Source: Acidobacteriota bacterium (GTDB lineage Bacteria > Acidobacteriota > UBA890 > WLXD01). Taken from it: DNA of 64,000 bases. Below the pieces are notes generated by a model. The model saw nothing but the letters and a program-made list of their open reading frames with translations. It searched no databases and had not been told where the DNA came from. The stretch is from contig CAXWPH010000015.1 of the NCBI GenBank assembly GCA_963666055.2, positions 448,001 to 512,000 of the forward strand, read 5' to 3'. The translations under genes and the position numbers were made by a program. Positions within the stretch are counted from its first letter, which is position 1; every line of letters begins with the position of its first letter. Shown one piece after another: positions 1-10,445 of this stretch.

Positions 1-1
1 C

Positions 2-424
2 GCGGCCAACCTGGTGACCTCGTTGATCGGCACCCGCATCGATCAGAACCCCGTTGTATCCGGACAGCCACTGGTGTCGTTGGTGGGTAATCGGTTGCCG
101 CAGGTGCCGGGCTATCGGCTACGAGGATCGCTCGCTTGGACCGCCGACCGATGGGGCGCCCTGATCGGCCTGCACGTTGCTGGCGACCAGTTCGAGGACG
201 ATCGTAACCAGCTGCTTTTGGCGTCGGGCAGCTCCCTCGACGCGGCGCTCGATTGGCACCTTTCCGAGCAACTGTCGCTCGGCCTTCGAGGGCAGAACCT
301 GCTCGACGAGCCCCTCGAGGTCAGGCGCACCTCGGTTCTGTTGCTAGGGCCACCACGGTCGCTATCGGTGACGTTCCAGCTTCGCCCTGATCGCGGCATG
401 ACGGCAACCACAATGGAGCGATGA
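2..424 (+). CDS. TonB-dependent receptor, C-terminal part (5'-partial)
   Basis: Open frame from the window edge; GNRLPQVP, GDQFEDDRN, NLLDE and terminal beta-strand GPPRSLSVTFQL are typical of TBDR C-termini. Confidence 0.75.
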   Translation, partial: AANLVTSLIGTRIDQNPVVSGQPLVSLVGNRLPQVPGYRLRGSLAWTADRWGALIGLHVAGDQFEDDRNQLLLASGSSLDAALDWHLSEQLSLGLRGQNLLDEPLEVRRTSVLLLGPPRSLSVTFQLRPDRGMTATTMER

Positions 425-2097
425 GCCTGACAGCCCGTCGCCAGGCCCTGATGGTGGGACTGTGCTTGCTCGTTGGAGCGTGTGGGGGGCCCAACGCCGA
501 TAGCGCCTCGGCGACGATCACCGCGGCCGATATCTCCCGTCTGACGAGGACGCTGGCTTCGGACAACTTTGCAGGGCGAGGTCCCGGGGGGCGAGGGGAA
601 GCGACCACCATCGACTTTCTCCAGGGCGAGCTCGAGCGGATCGGGGTCGAGCCCTTCGGCGAACCCGATACGGAGGGCAATCGCACCTGGTTGCAGCGTG
701 TTCCGGTGACCGAGATTACTGTCGACGCAGCCACCGCCGCGCTCCGCATGCCGCGAGGTCGCGGCGCCGCTCAGCAGGCCCGGCCCGACGAGTTGACCTA
801 CGGTGACGACTTCGTCGCCTGGACCCTTCACGAGGACCCCTCCATCGACGTAACGGCACCGTTGGTATTCGCCGGGTATGGCGTAGTGGCGCCCGAAGAG
901 GGCTGGAACGACTACAAGCGCGATCTGCGGGGCGCCGTGGTCGTGTTGTTGGTGAACGACCCTCCGGTACCCGGCAAGTTCGGCGACGACGCCATGACGT
1001 ACTACGGACGCTGGACCTACAAGTACGAGGAGGCAGCGCGGCAGGGCGCTGCCGGGGCGCTCATCGTCCACGACACCGAACGCGCCGGCTACGGCTGGGA
1101 TGTGGTGCGTAGCTCATGGACCGGTGCGCAGTTCAGCCTGCCGACGCCAACGGATCAGCCGGCACCGGCGCGCTTCGAGGGCTGGATCTCACAGCGCGCC
1201 GCCGATGAACTATTCAGCGCCGCCGGACTCAGCCTGACGGAGTCGATTGCGGCGGCGGCCAGTGCCGATTTCGAGGCCGTGGACCTGGGCGCAACCGCGA
1301 CGATCCATCTCGACAACAACCTGCGCCGTGTTGCCTCCCACAACGTCGTCGGGCGGTTGCGCGGGCGCCACGCCACCGCCGCCGGCGAGTACATCCTGTG
1401 GATGGCGCATTGGGACCACCTCGGTGAAGATGCCGGCATCGCGGGCGACGGGATCTACAACGGCGCGCTCGACAACGCTACCGGGGTGGCGGGGCTGCTT
1501 GAAGTTGCCGAAGCTTACGCGTCGCTGCGACGGGCGACACGCCGCTCGCATCTCTTCGTGGCGACAACATTGGAAGAGAAGGGCCTCCTCGGCTCCGCGT
1601 ACTACGCTGCCAATCCGATCGTGCCACCGGGCAATACGGTGGCAGCAATCAACATGGACGGGCTCAATATCTGGGGGCCGACCGAGGACATCACCGTGAT
1701 CGGCCTGGGAAACTCACAGCTCGACGAGTTCCTGCGGCAAGCCATCGAGCCGCAGGGGCGCACGCTCAGCCCCGACCCGGAATCCGCCAAGGGCTTCTAC
1801 TATCGATCCGACCACTTTCCGCTCGCCAAGATCGGTATTCCGGCGTTGTATATCGATGCCGGGGTGCGCTTCGTGGGACGGCCCGCAGGCTACTCAGACA
1901 TGGTTCGGCGGCAGTACACAGCGCTCCACTACCATCGCCCCAGCGACGAGTTCGATCCGACGTGGAATTTGGCCGGCGCCGAGGCCGACCTGCGTGCCCT
2001 CTTCGCCGTCGGCTTCAACCTCAGCGAGGGCACCGACTGGCCCGAGTGGTCGGAGGGATCGGAGTTCGGCGCCGCTCGCGCAGCATCCCTGCGGTGA
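421..2097 (+). CDS. M28 family metallopeptidase with PA domain, probable lipoprotein
   Basis: AHWDHLG, NGALDNATG, LEEKGLLGS, NMD, YRSDH, YHRPSD motifs; lipobox-like VGAC. Confidence 0.9.
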   Translation: MSLTARRQALMVGLCLLVGACGGPNADSASATITAADISRLTRTLASDNFAGRGPGGRGEATTIDFLQGELERIGVEPFGEPDTEGNRTWLQRVPVTEITVDAATAALRMPRGRGAAQQARPDELTYGDDFVAWTLHEDPSIDVTAPLVFAGYGVVAPEEGWNDYKRDLRGAVVVLLVNDPPVPGKFGDDAMTYYGRWTYKYEEAARQGAAGALIVHDTERAGYGWDVVRSSWTGAQFSLPTPTDQPAPARFEGWISQRAADELFSAAGLSLTESIAAAASADFEAVDLGATATIHLDNNLRRVASHNVVGRLRGRHATAAGEYILWMAHWDHLGEDAGIAGDGIYNGALDNATGVAGLLEVAEAYASLRRATRRSHLFVATTLEEKGLLGSAYYAANPIVPPGNTVAAINMDGLNIWGPTEDITVIGLGNSQLDEFLRQAIEPQGRTLSPDPESAKGFYYRSDHFPLAKIGIPALYIDAGVRFVGRPAGYSDMVRRQYTALHYHRPSDEFDPTWNLAGAEADLRALFAVGFNLSEGTDWPEWSEGSEFGAARAASLR

Positions 2098-2214
2098 TCG
2101 CCGTTACCGTAAGGATATGAGACGATGCCAGATAGGTGCTCTGGAGCCAGAGGTCGAAGGTCCAGCTGACCCTGGGGCCCTGTTCCCACGCGTTTCTTGA
2201 CGGAGGAAACCTCA

Positions 2215-2829
2215 ATGGCCCACGAAGTACCTGACCTGGCCTACGCTTTCGATGCGCTCGAGCCGCACATCGACGCGCGAACGATGGAAATCCACCACGA
2301 CAAGCATCACGCTGCCTACGTCGCCGGCCTCAACGGCGCGTTGGAGGGGCAGGACAGCCTGCAGGCGATGAGCCTAGCCGAGCTGCTAGGCAACATCGAC
2401 GCGGCCCCCGAGGGCGTGCGCGGCACCGTTCGCAATCACGGTGGCGGCCACGCCAACCACTCGCTGTTCTGGTCGATCATGTCCCCCGATGGCGGCGGCG
2501 AGCCCGGCGGCGAGCTGGGCACGGCGATCGGCGCGGCGTTCGGTAACTTCGACGCTTTCAAGGAGGCGTTCGGAAAGGCCGGCGCGACGCGCTTCGGCAG
2601 CGGCTGGGCCTGGCTAGTGGTCGACGGCGACGGCGCGCTGCAGTGCTATTCGACCGCCAATCAGGATTCTCCCCACATGCAAGGACATACGCCCATCCTG
2701 GGCCTGGACGTGTGGGAGCACGCCTACTACCTCAACTATCAGAATCGACGTCCTGACTACATCGCCGCCTTCTGGAACGTGGTCAACTGGGACGAGGTCG
2801 AGCGCCGTCGCGCGCAAGCCAGCGGCTGA
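2215..2829 (+). CDS. sodA: Mn/Fe superoxide dismutase (Mn-type residues)
   Basis: [35 protein letters not shown]; GGAGG RBS before ATG 2215. Confidence 0.95.
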   Translation: MAHEVPDLAYAFDALEPHIDARTMEIHHDKHHAAYVAGLNGALEGQDSLQAMSLAELLGNIDAAPEGVRGTVRNHGGGHANHSLFWSIMSPDGGGEPGGELGTAIGAAFGNFDAFKEAFGKAGATRFGSGWAWLVVDGDGALQCYSTANQDSPHMQGHTPILGLDVWEHAYYLNYQNRRPDYIAAFWNVVNWDEVERRRAQASG

Positions 2830-2853
2830 GATAGCGGGCTTTCCAAGCAGCTT

Positions 2854-2890
2854 TGGCCGGGGATGCGACGCTGCATCCCCGGCCATTTCT
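2854..2890 (+). terminator. Rho-independent terminator after sod
   Basis: TGGCCGGGGATGC / GCATCCCCGGCCA perfect 13-bp stem followed by TTTCT. Confidence 0.75.
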
Positions 2891-2992
2891 CCGTTGGCCG
2901 CTTGGACCCCGCCACAAACCGCCCAACGGTGAGTACGGCCGGCCAAGCAAAGCTGGCTTGTCGGCGCCGACACGCGACGCTACCGTCCGCCC

Positions 2993-3964
2993 ATGAGTGA
3001 CCCTCCGGCGCTACGGACGATTGGCCTGGTCAAAGAGTTCGACGGGGTCGCCGCCGTCAACTCTCTCGACCTGGAAGTACCCACCGGCAGCGTCTTCGGG
3101 CTCATGGGGCCCAACGGCTCCGGCAAGACCACGACGATCCGCACTTGCTTGGGTATGTACGTGCCTGACCGGGGCGAGGTTCAGCTGCTCGGGGCAAGGG
3201 ACCCGCTCGCGGTTCGCTATCGCGTCGGGTACCTGCCGGAGGAGCGCGGCCTCTATCCGAAGATGCAGGTGAGGGAACAGCTCGCATTCCTGGGAACCAT
3301 CCGCGGCTTGCGCCGCGGCGAGGCGAATCGACGTGCCGCAGCATGGCTCGACCGGCTCGGCCTCGGTGACCGCTCCAAGTCGGCGACCAACGAGCTTTCC
3401 AAGGGGTTGCAGCAGAAAGTGCAGTTCGCTGCCGCGGTGATTCATGAGCCCGAGCTGCTGGTGCTGGATGAACCGTTCACCGGGCTCGATCCGGTGAACA
3501 CACGGCTGTTGAAGGAGCTGATCTTGGAGCAGAGTGATCGTGGCTGCACCGTGATCCTGTCGTCGCACCGCATGGAGCAGGTCGAGGCGATGTGCAACTT
3601 CGTCGCCCTCATTCATCGCGGCGACCTGGTGCTCAACGGCGCCCTGAAGGACGTGCGGGCTGCCCACGGGCACAGCACACTGGCCATCCGGTACGACGGT
3701 CCGAGCGGCTCGCTAGGCAACCTGCCAGGCGTGGCCAAGGTCAATGATTCCGGTCAGTCGGCACGACTGGAGATGCGGGCAGGAGCGGACACGCAGGCGC
3801 TGCTTCGAGTGCTGCTCGATCGCTTAACGTTGCACTCGTTCAGCTCCGAACAACCGTCGATGGAGGAGATCTTCCTCGATAAGGTAGGACCCGGCGCCGA
3901 CGGCAACGCGCATATGGCGCTGACCGATGAGGGCGAGCTGGTGCGCCAGGTGGAGACCTCATGA
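2993..3964 (+). CDS. ABC-2 type transporter ATP-binding subunit
   Basis: Walker A GPNGSGKT, signature LSKG, Walker B LVLDEP. Confidence 0.92.
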   Translation: MSDPPALRTIGLVKEFDGVAAVNSLDLEVPTGSVFGLMGPNGSGKTTTIRTCLGMYVPDRGEVQLLGARDPLAVRYRVGYLPEERGLYPKMQVREQLAFLGTIRGLRRGEANRRAAAWLDRLGLGDRSKSATNELSKGLQQKVQFAAAVIHEPELLVLDEPFTGLDPVNTRLLKELILEQSDRGCTVILSSHRMEQVEAMCNFVALIHRGDLVLNGALKDVRAAHGHSTLAIRYDGPSGSLGNLPGVAKVNDSGQSARLEMRAGADTQALLRVLLDRLTLHSFSSEQPSMEEIFLDKVGPGADGNAHMALTDEGELVRQVETS

Positions 3965-5235
3965 GCGCCACACAGGTGATCAACATTGCGCGGCGCGAAT
4001 TCATCGCCAAGGTGCGCAGCAAGTGGTTCATCATCGGGACGCTGTTGGTACCTTTCTTCATGAGCATGTGGGTGTTCATCCCCAACTTGCTGGCGCGGGC
4101 AGACGTCGAGCAGCTCCGGATCGTCGTCGCCGACGTGGGTACTGGTAGCGGCTCGCAGATCGCCGACCGCCTCCGCGAGATCGACGATTTCACGCTCGAG
4201 ATCACCGCCGTGCGATCGTTAACCAAGAGCCAGGCGGCGGTGGCGCGCACGTCGCTCCAGCAACAGATCGTCGACGAGAGCCTTGACGGCTACCTGCTCC
4301 TGGAGCCCGACGATGAGCTCGGCATCCGGGGCCGTTACTACGCGCGCGCAACCGGCAACATCGTCATCATCAGTGCCCTGGAACGAGCCGTTCGCCGGGT
4401 CGCGTTGGAGGACTATCTGCAAGGCAGCGGCTTGCAGTCGGAGCGTGTCAACGCTCTCGTTTCATGGGACCTGGAGGCAATCACCGTTTCCGCCGAGGGC
4501 GAAGAAGAGGGCGGCTTTCGGCGTGCCTACATGAGCACTGTCGTCCTCGCAATGCTGCTGTACATGACCGTGTTGATCGGCGGGCAACAGATGGGCAACT
4601 CGATCATCGAGGAGAAGTCGACCCGGCTGATCGAGCTCATTCTCGGCGCCGTTACCTCGACCGAGTTCATCTCCGGCAAGATTCTCGGCGTACTCGCCGC
4701 GAGCTTGTTACAGCTAGCGATATGGGTCCTGCTGTCGGTACTCGTGGGGTTGTTCGTCCTGCCGGCGTTGGCGGTGGGCGCGGCGATGCAGGGCACCGAC
4801 CTGATGGAATTCCTCGACCCGACACTGCTGTTCTACTTCGCCGTCTTGTACTTGCTCGGCTACACGTTCTATTCCGTGATCTACGCTGCCGCGGCGTCGA
4901 CTTGCACGTCGTCGGAAGAGCTCCAGCAGATCGCCTTCCCGCTGGTCATGCCGATGGTGCTGAGCCTGATGTTCGTGTTCTATGCGATCACCAATCCGGC
5001 AACCCTGGCCACCCGTTTGATCTCGCTGTTTCCGCCCACCACACCGTTGGTGATGCTGGCACGCATCAACGTGCTGCGACCGCCATTGTGGGAGATCTGG
5101 CTGGGCATTCTGCTGCTGTTGGCCGCTACCGTGGCGCTGGTGTGGGTGGCCGCCAAGATGTTCCGGTTCACCCTTCTGATGTCGGGTAAGCGCCCCTCCC
5201 TCAGCGCCGTCGTACGGCTGATTCGGGCTGCCTGA
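3961..5235 (+). CDS. ABC-2 type transporter permease (NatB-like)
   Basis: Overlaps ATPase (ATGA); IIEEKSTRLIE motif; several TM helices. Confidence 0.88.
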   Translation: MSATQVINIARREFIAKVRSKWFIIGTLLVPFFMSMWVFIPNLLARADVEQLRIVVADVGTGSGSQIADRLREIDDFTLEITAVRSLTKSQAAVARTSLQQQIVDESLDGYLLLEPDDELGIRGRYYARATGNIVIISALERAVRRVALEDYLQGSGLQSERVNALVSWDLEAITVSAEGEEEGGFRRAYMSTVVLAMLLYMTVLIGGQQMGNSIIEEKSTRLIELILGAVTSTEFISGKILGVLAASLLQLAIWVLLSVLVGLFVLPALAVGAAMQGTDLMEFLDPTLLFYFAVLYLLGYTFYSVIYAAAASTCTSSEELQQIAFPLVMPMVLSLMFVFYAITNPATLATRLISLFPPTTPLVMLARINVLRPPLWEIWLGILLLLAATVALVWVAAKMFRFTLLMSGKRPSLSAVVRLIRAA

Positions 5236-5353
5236 GAGCGTCGCGACCGGCAACCGTTAGCTGCTGATGAGACGCTCGCCAGCGACGGCACACCGAATGC
5301 GCGGCACCTCCGGCACGGTGGTAGTCTAGGCGCCTCCCCTATCCGATGCGGGC

Positions 5354-5752
5354 GTGGCCGTGTGCCTCGACGCGTCAAGCAATCGACACCACAGGGACGC
5401 CACCACGTTGAAGAAACCCCCGCGGCTGCCGTGGATCTTCGTCGACGGCGCTACACAGCAGACTTTTCGCATTCGTCTTGACCTCCCGGACTGGGATCCA
5501 CCCACCGAGGGCGACAAGCACAGTGAAGCACTGTGCGCTTTCCACGTCACCGGCGACGATGGCGCTGCGTTCGCGCTGCGACTGCAAATCTCCCGTGACG
5601 TGCTCAGCGACAACGCCATCGCCGACCCCGGCGCGCTCCGGGCGCTGGTGCAGGGCAAGGGTGTGGAGATCATCGAGGGTGCCATCCACAACGGCATCCG
5701 CGGTGACCACCAGCTGGTGTGGGAGTCCGATGGGGTTTCCGTCGTCGGCTAG
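5354..5752 (+). CDS. Hypothetical protein
   Basis: ORF fills intergenic gap with coding-like composition; start uncertain. Confidence 0.5.
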   Translation: MAVCLDASSNRHHRDATTLKKPPRLPWIFVDGATQQTFRIRLDLPDWDPPTEGDKHSEALCAFHVTGDDGAAFALRLQISRDVLSDNAIADPGALRALVQGKGVEIIEGAIHNGIRGDHQLVWESDGVSVVG

Positions 5753-6447
5753 CCTGCCGCCTCGACCAGATCGGCAAGGGTGGCCAGGTCGGGTACCTCC
5801 AGATGTGGGACGGCATCCGCTACCGGCGTGACCCCGCCTGGGCGACCGCTGCTGCGATTTACCCAGACTGTCGAGAACCCGAGTCTGCGAGCCGGTGCGA
5901 CATCATGATAGAGGCTCTGCGCCACATGCAGAATGCGCTCGCGCGGCAGGTCGACGCGTTCGAGCAGCGCGTTGAAGTTGCGCTCCGCGGGTTTGTACGA
6001 GCCCACCTGCTCCGCCGTAACGACCCAGTCGAAGGTCACGCCCAGGTTCGGTGCCGTGCCGGCAAAGAGCGCATCATCCACGTTCGAAAGCACGCCTAGC
6101 CGATAGTGGCCCGAGAGTCGACGCAGAGCGGCTCGGGTGTCGGGAAATACCGGCCAGCCAGCCAGAGAGTCGGCGAGCACCTCGCGCTCACCCGGATCGA
6201 GGCTCACGCTCAACGCTTCGGCGATGCGCTCCACGACACCGCCGAGGATCTCGGCATACGGTCGGTATTCGCCCTTCTCCAGCTCGGTCTCGTAGCGAGC
6301 ATACAGTTCCAGCAGGGCTTGAGTATCGACCTCCGGGATCTTGCGGCAGAACAGGCGCCCAAGAGCCTCCAAGATGCCGGTTCTCCAGTCAATCAGCGTA
6401 CCGTAGCAATCGAACGTGGCAGCGTCGTAGGCATGTAGGTCTAGCAT
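5749..6447 (-). CDS. Haloacid dehalogenase type II (HAD family)
   Basis: FDCYGTLIDW, LSNVD, GSYKP, HVAQSLYHD motifs. Confidence 0.9.
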   Translation of the reverse strand: MLDLHAYDAATFDCYGTLIDWRTGILEALGRLFCRKIPEVDTQALLELYARYETELEKGEYRPYAEILGGVVERIAEALSVSLDPGEREVLADSLAGWPVFPDTRAALRRLSGHYRLGVLSNVDDALFAGTAPNLGVTFDWVVTAEQVGSYKPAERNFNALLERVDLPRERILHVAQSLYHDVAPARRLGFSTVWVNRSSGRPGGVTPVADAVPHLEVPDLATLADLVEAAG

Positions 6448-6568
6448 CGTTGCGCTCCACGCGATCCAGTTCACCGGCGGCCAACATCGCAACCTCGGCG
6501 ATCTCGACTAGTCGAATGTTATAGTGGCATGCGCTGGATCCTTCCTCTCTCAGCGACCGCGAAGAGCC

Positions 6569-7327
6569 ATGTCTAAGAACTCCACGACACCCTGTGCGCA
6601 GGCTTTGTGCGGCGCTCTGGCAGCGTTCCTCCTCGTCGGCGGAGCTCCGGCGATTCTCGCGGCAGAGCCCCAGGGCCAAGGCGCAGCGGACCAGTTGGTG
6701 GTCTACCTGATCGACCATCAACTCATCTCGCGTGACGAGTTGATAACGATCCAGACGGAGATCGAGGCGGTGTTTCGCTCGCAGGCGGGTCTCGAGGTGC
6801 GCTGGGTGCTCGACGACTCGCCGCGCCGCCAATTGCGAAGCGGCGAGCTGCGCTTCCTGATCCTGGCCTCCGACGGCACCCGGTGGTTCCATGGTCCGTC
6901 GAACGTCATCGGTCTGGCGCCGCACGACGATACGGGCGTTGGCCGCAACTGCTTCGTTTTCTATCGCCAGGCCCTCTGGTTCCGCCAGCAAGCCGTTCTG
7001 CGATGCCGGGAGGCAACCCGTGCGCGTGCCGAGGCAGAAGCCGCCGGCGTGGAGCCCGACGCAGCAATCGAGTTGCTCGCCCCTGCCAAGTGCGGCACCT
7101 TCTTGCCGGCCTTGGCGCCACTCGTCGTCGCTCGAGCCGCAGCTCACGAGATGGTCCATATTCTTCTCAACAAGCTGGATCACTCGGGCTCCGGTCTGAT
7201 GCGCGAGTCGTTCGACTTGCGCGAGTGGCTCGCCGGAGAACGCGAAGCCTTCCGGCTCCTCCCCGAAGAAGTGGCCGCGCTCCAAGCCCTCTTCGGTGCG
7301 AACATCGCAATCCCGCGGGAGCGCTGA
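6569..7327 (+). CDS. Secreted hypothetical protein with C-terminal HExxH Zn-binding motif
   Basis: Signal-peptide-like N-terminus; AAHEMVHILLNKLDHSGSGLMR. Confidence 0.65.
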   Translation: MSKNSTTPCAQALCGALAAFLLVGGAPAILAAEPQGQGAADQLVVYLIDHQLISRDELITIQTEIEAVFRSQAGLEVRWVLDDSPRRQLRSGELRFLILASDGTRWFHGPSNVIGLAPHDDTGVGRNCFVFYRQALWFRQQAVLRCREATRARAEAEAAGVEPDAAIELLAPAKCGTFLPALAPLVVARAAAHEMVHILLNKLDHSGSGLMRESFDLREWLAGEREAFRLLPEEVAALQALFGANIAIPRER

Positions 7328-7446
7328 GCGACCGTCAGTTCGTCGGCTGGTATCCTTGATCGCATGAGGGGGATTGCTCAGCGCGGGGGTGGCGCGCGAG
7401 GCACCGCGGCGGCGGTTGCGATACTACTGCTGGCGGTCATGACGGC

Positions 7447-8265
7447 GTGGGCTGCAGCCCGGGACGCTGCGCTGGAGATTGCCACGATCACCGACCAGGT
7501 GGCACTCGACGTCAGCCCATCGAGCTCGAGCATGGCGGGCCGTTGACAGTGGCCGATTCCGTCGACATGAAAGGCCCGCGCGACCTCCGTACGCGCGACT
7601 TCGCGACCGCGACGTTGGACGTGGCAGAGCGCTCCGAGGATGACCTGCTCCCCAACCGCACGTACCCATCCAATCTGCTGTGGCGAATGACCGGGGCGCT
7701 GGATGCCTCAGCTGCCCCGGCTCGCATCCTCGATCTCGGGCCCACAAACAACGGGAACATCCAGTTCTGGGCCCGACGCGGGTTCGACGTCAGCTGCTAC
7801 GATCTGTTCGCGCACGAGGCCCGACGACTCGGACCGCTCGAGATCACCCCTTTGACGCTCTCGACCGATACCCTCCGCAAGCAGCGGCTGCCTTTCGATG
7901 ACGGCAGCTACTCGGCGATCTGTTCATGGAACGTGCTCTCGCGGCTGCCGTTCGTGCTCGCCCGACAGTTCGCCCGCGAATGCCATCGACTGCTCTGCCG
8001 TTCCGGCCTCATGCACGCCGTCTTCCTGGACTCCGACGGGCGGCTCGATACACGGCGGCAGTACCAAATCGTCGATCGGCAGAGCCTGCGAGTCACCTCG
8101 GCAGCGGTGCCGCGGAGGTTGCCGACCAACTGGGTGGACGCGGAGATCCGCCTGATGCTGTCGCGCTTCGCCGCTTGCGAGATCCAGGTCGCACCGTCGT
8201 ACACGCGCGAGGTGTTGGCGCAGCGGGCGCCCGTCGTACCGACGGCGCGCCGGCACGAGGCTTAG
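7447..8265 (+). CDS. Class I SAM-dependent methyltransferase-like protein (start uncertain, probably 7544-7568)
   Basis: RILDLG motif I-like, LPFDDGSYSAI, ECHRLL..SG. Confidence 0.6.
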   Translation: MGCSPGRCAGDCHDHRPGGTRRQPIELEHGGPLTVADSVDMKGPRDLRTRDFATATLDVAERSEDDLLPNRTYPSNLLWRMTGALDASAAPARILDLGPTNNGNIQFWARRGFDVSCYDLFAHEARRLGPLEITPLTLSTDTLRKQRLPFDDGSYSAICSWNVLSRLPFVLARQFARECHRLLCRSGLMHAVFLDSDGRLDTRRQYQIVDRQSLRVTSAAVPRRLPTNWVDAEIRLMLSRFAACEIQVAPSYTREVLAQRAPVVPTARRHEA

Positions 8266-8328
8266 TGTCCCCAGCCAGAAATGGAGCTGACTCGATCCGG
8301 TTTTCCGCTTCGACGCTATAATCGCCGC

Positions 8329-9363
8329 ATGGTTGACCACCTACCCGCCCCGTTCACGTCGGACCTCAAGGTCCTGGTATTGGCCGGCTCGAACTCTGTC
8401 TCCGAGCGGCGCCGCCGCCGCCGCGTCGAACAGCTCCGACGCAATGAGCCTGAGGTGCCACTCGAGAACAAAGCCTTCCTACTCTTACGTGATCGGCTGG
8501 TTATCGAGTACCTGCTCGATACGCTCGAGACTTGCGGCCTGCGTCGCGTGTGGATCCTGGCTCCGGAGCACTCGTTGCGCCGTATTCCAACGCGCTACGC
8601 TTTCCGCCCGCTGGTGCAGCGTCCCGGGGCCACGCTGGTCGCCAACTTGTCGGCAGCCTATACGGAGGTCGATCCACAGCCCGACGAGCCTGTTCTGGTG
8701 CTCTTCGGCGATCATCCGTTAACCACAGTGGCCGCCCTTCGAAGCTTCTTGTCGAGCTGTGGCTCGCAGCTCGACAAGGCCGACTTCTTTCACGGCGTCG
8801 CCGTGCAAGAAGCCTACGCCGAGTACATGCCGTTCTTCCGACGCACCTGTCTTCATCTGCGCGAGATGTCCGGCCGGGCCACCGGCTTGAACCTGGCGGT
8901 ACCCTCGCGACTTCATCGGCTGCGCCTCCTCGATGAGATCTACGGCGTGCGCAAGCAAGAAAAGCTTGGCGCCCTGCTCGGCCTCTTGCGCGTCGTTGTC
9001 TCGTGGCTCGGTACACGCGCTCCTGCGGCGCTGATCGACACGCTGATTCTGTCGGTCGCCAAGGAGTTGGAGAAGATCGGACGGCGGGGCGGTATCCGCG
9101 GACGCCTCGGGCGCACCTTCCGCTACGCATTGTCGTTGCTCGTCACACAACGCCGGATCGAGCGACACGGCGCTCGTGCGTTGCGTGCCGAGAACGGCAC
9201 CCGTCTTGTGCCTGTGGCACACGGCGGCGCCGGCATCGATGTCGACTTTCTCGAGGAGTTGCGACTCCTCGAAGACAACTGGGAGCGGCTACAAGATATT
9301 CAAGAGGCCCAAGACGCCCGCCTCGAGCCTCATGGCGATCGTACCTGGAGCTCCTCCCGGTAG
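8329..9363 (+). CDS. Nucleotidyltransferase (MobA/NTP-transferase-like) family protein
   Basis: VLVLAG, NKAFL, VLVLFGD, GIDVD motifs; TATAAT 6 nt before ATG 8329. Confidence 0.65.
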   Translation: MVDHLPAPFTSDLKVLVLAGSNSVSERRRRRRVEQLRRNEPEVPLENKAFLLLRDRLVIEYLLDTLETCGLRRVWILAPEHSLRRIPTRYAFRPLVQRPGATLVANLSAAYTEVDPQPDEPVLVLFGDHPLTTVAALRSFLSSCGSQLDKADFFHGVAVQEAYAEYMPFFRRTCLHLREMSGRATGLNLAVPSRLHRLRLLDEIYGVRKQEKLGALLGLLRVVVSWLGTRAPAALIDTLILSVAKELEKIGRRGGIRGRLGRTFRYALSLLVTQRRIERHGARALRAENGTRLVPVAHGGAGIDVDFLEELRLLEDNWERLQDIQEAQDARLEPHGDRTWSSSR

Positions 9364-10445
9364 GCCGTCCGGTAGCCGAGTAGCTGATCCAGCAACATCA
9401 GTTCGAGCGTGTACTCTCCCGGCGCTGCTTCCATGGTAATCGTACGCTGCACGACCTCTTGGCGACGGCCGTCCATCTCCGCCTCCGGAACGGTTATCAC
9501 CACCCGCTCCGACGCCAACGCCAAGGGCTCGTCACCGCTCAGCAACTGCGCATCGAGGACCATGTCGGTGGTGAACGCACCCTCGACGAGATGAAAGACC
9601 AACGAGTCGAGGCGGAAGGTCAGCTCGATTTCGATGTCCACTTTGCCGCCCGCCGCCGCCGACTGCCGCGTCGACCATCCGAACGGGATCTGGGCGTCCG
9701 GAAGCAGGACCGCGGTACGCACGTCGCTAATCGCTGCCTGGTAGTTGACCGGATTTACCAGGGAGCGATCGATAGCCATGTCGATAGCCCGCTGATAATC
9801 CGCCGGGATGCCAAGTAACAAGGAGCGTGCTTCAGCAAGCCGCGCCTGCACCGGAATCCCAGATACGCCGATGGGCTGCGGCGGCATCAGCTTCCAACGA
9901 CCGGCGCGGTACACGAACAGCAGCATCTCGTTGGGCTCCAGGCCCGGGTACCGCTGGTCGTACGACCAGAGAATGGGCGGTCGACTGGAGAACCCGGCGG
10001 GGTAGGAACCTTCGCGGCGGGTACGGTCTGGGGGCCCGAAGTGCATCACCATCTGACCGAAAGCGGTTTCCCAGGCTGGCCCACTGCGTGACTCGAAGTT
10101 CTCCATCGTATAGGTGAGCCGACGCTCGAACTCGTCGAGGTATTCGTTGCGAGGACCTCGCAGCAGCGGATCGCGGCGCTCCCAGAACAGCCTGATGAAC
10201 TGCAGGCGCTCCTGTGTTGTGCCGAGAGCATTGAACATCTCCTGCTCATCGCCCGTCGCGATCAGCGACACCGGACCCTCCAACCAGCGAGCCGTCCAGT
10301 CGGCGATTGACTCTCCATCGGCCGGCCCGGACAGGTTCTGAGCGCCCGCTGGCGACGGCGCGAAAGTAAGCGCTAGTGCCATCGCAGCCAAGCCCACGAG
10401 CCAAGGGGTGATCGATCTGCGGCTAGCCGTGCACCGTCTGTGCAT
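9330..10445 (-). CDS. GWxTD domain-containing protein
   Basis: WLEGPVSLI, FIRLFWERRDP, NEYLDEFERRL, GPAWET..G..FGPPD; signal peptide. Confidence 0.8.
   Translation of the reverse strand: MHRRCTASRRSITPWLVGLAAMALALTFAPSPAGAQNLSGPADGESIADWTARWLEGPVSLIATGDEQEMFNALGTTQERLQFIRLFWERRDPLLRGPRNEYLDEFERRLTYTMENFESRSGPAWETAFGQMVMHFGPPDRTRREGSYPAGFSSRPPILWSYDQRYPGLEPNEMLLFVYRAGRWKLMPPQPIGVSGIPVQARLAEARSLLLGIPADYQRAIDMAIDRSLVNPVNYQAAISDVRTAVLLPDAQIPFGWSTRQSAAAGGKVDIEIELTFRLDSLVFHLVEGAFTTDMVLDAQLLSGDEPLALASERVVITVPEAEMDGRRQEVVQRTITMEAAPGEYTLELMLLDQLLGYRTAYREELQVRSP

Noticed and set aside
7364-7546. 60-aa ORF with a signal-peptide-like segment
   Set aside because: Too short to support; possibly a truncated remnant
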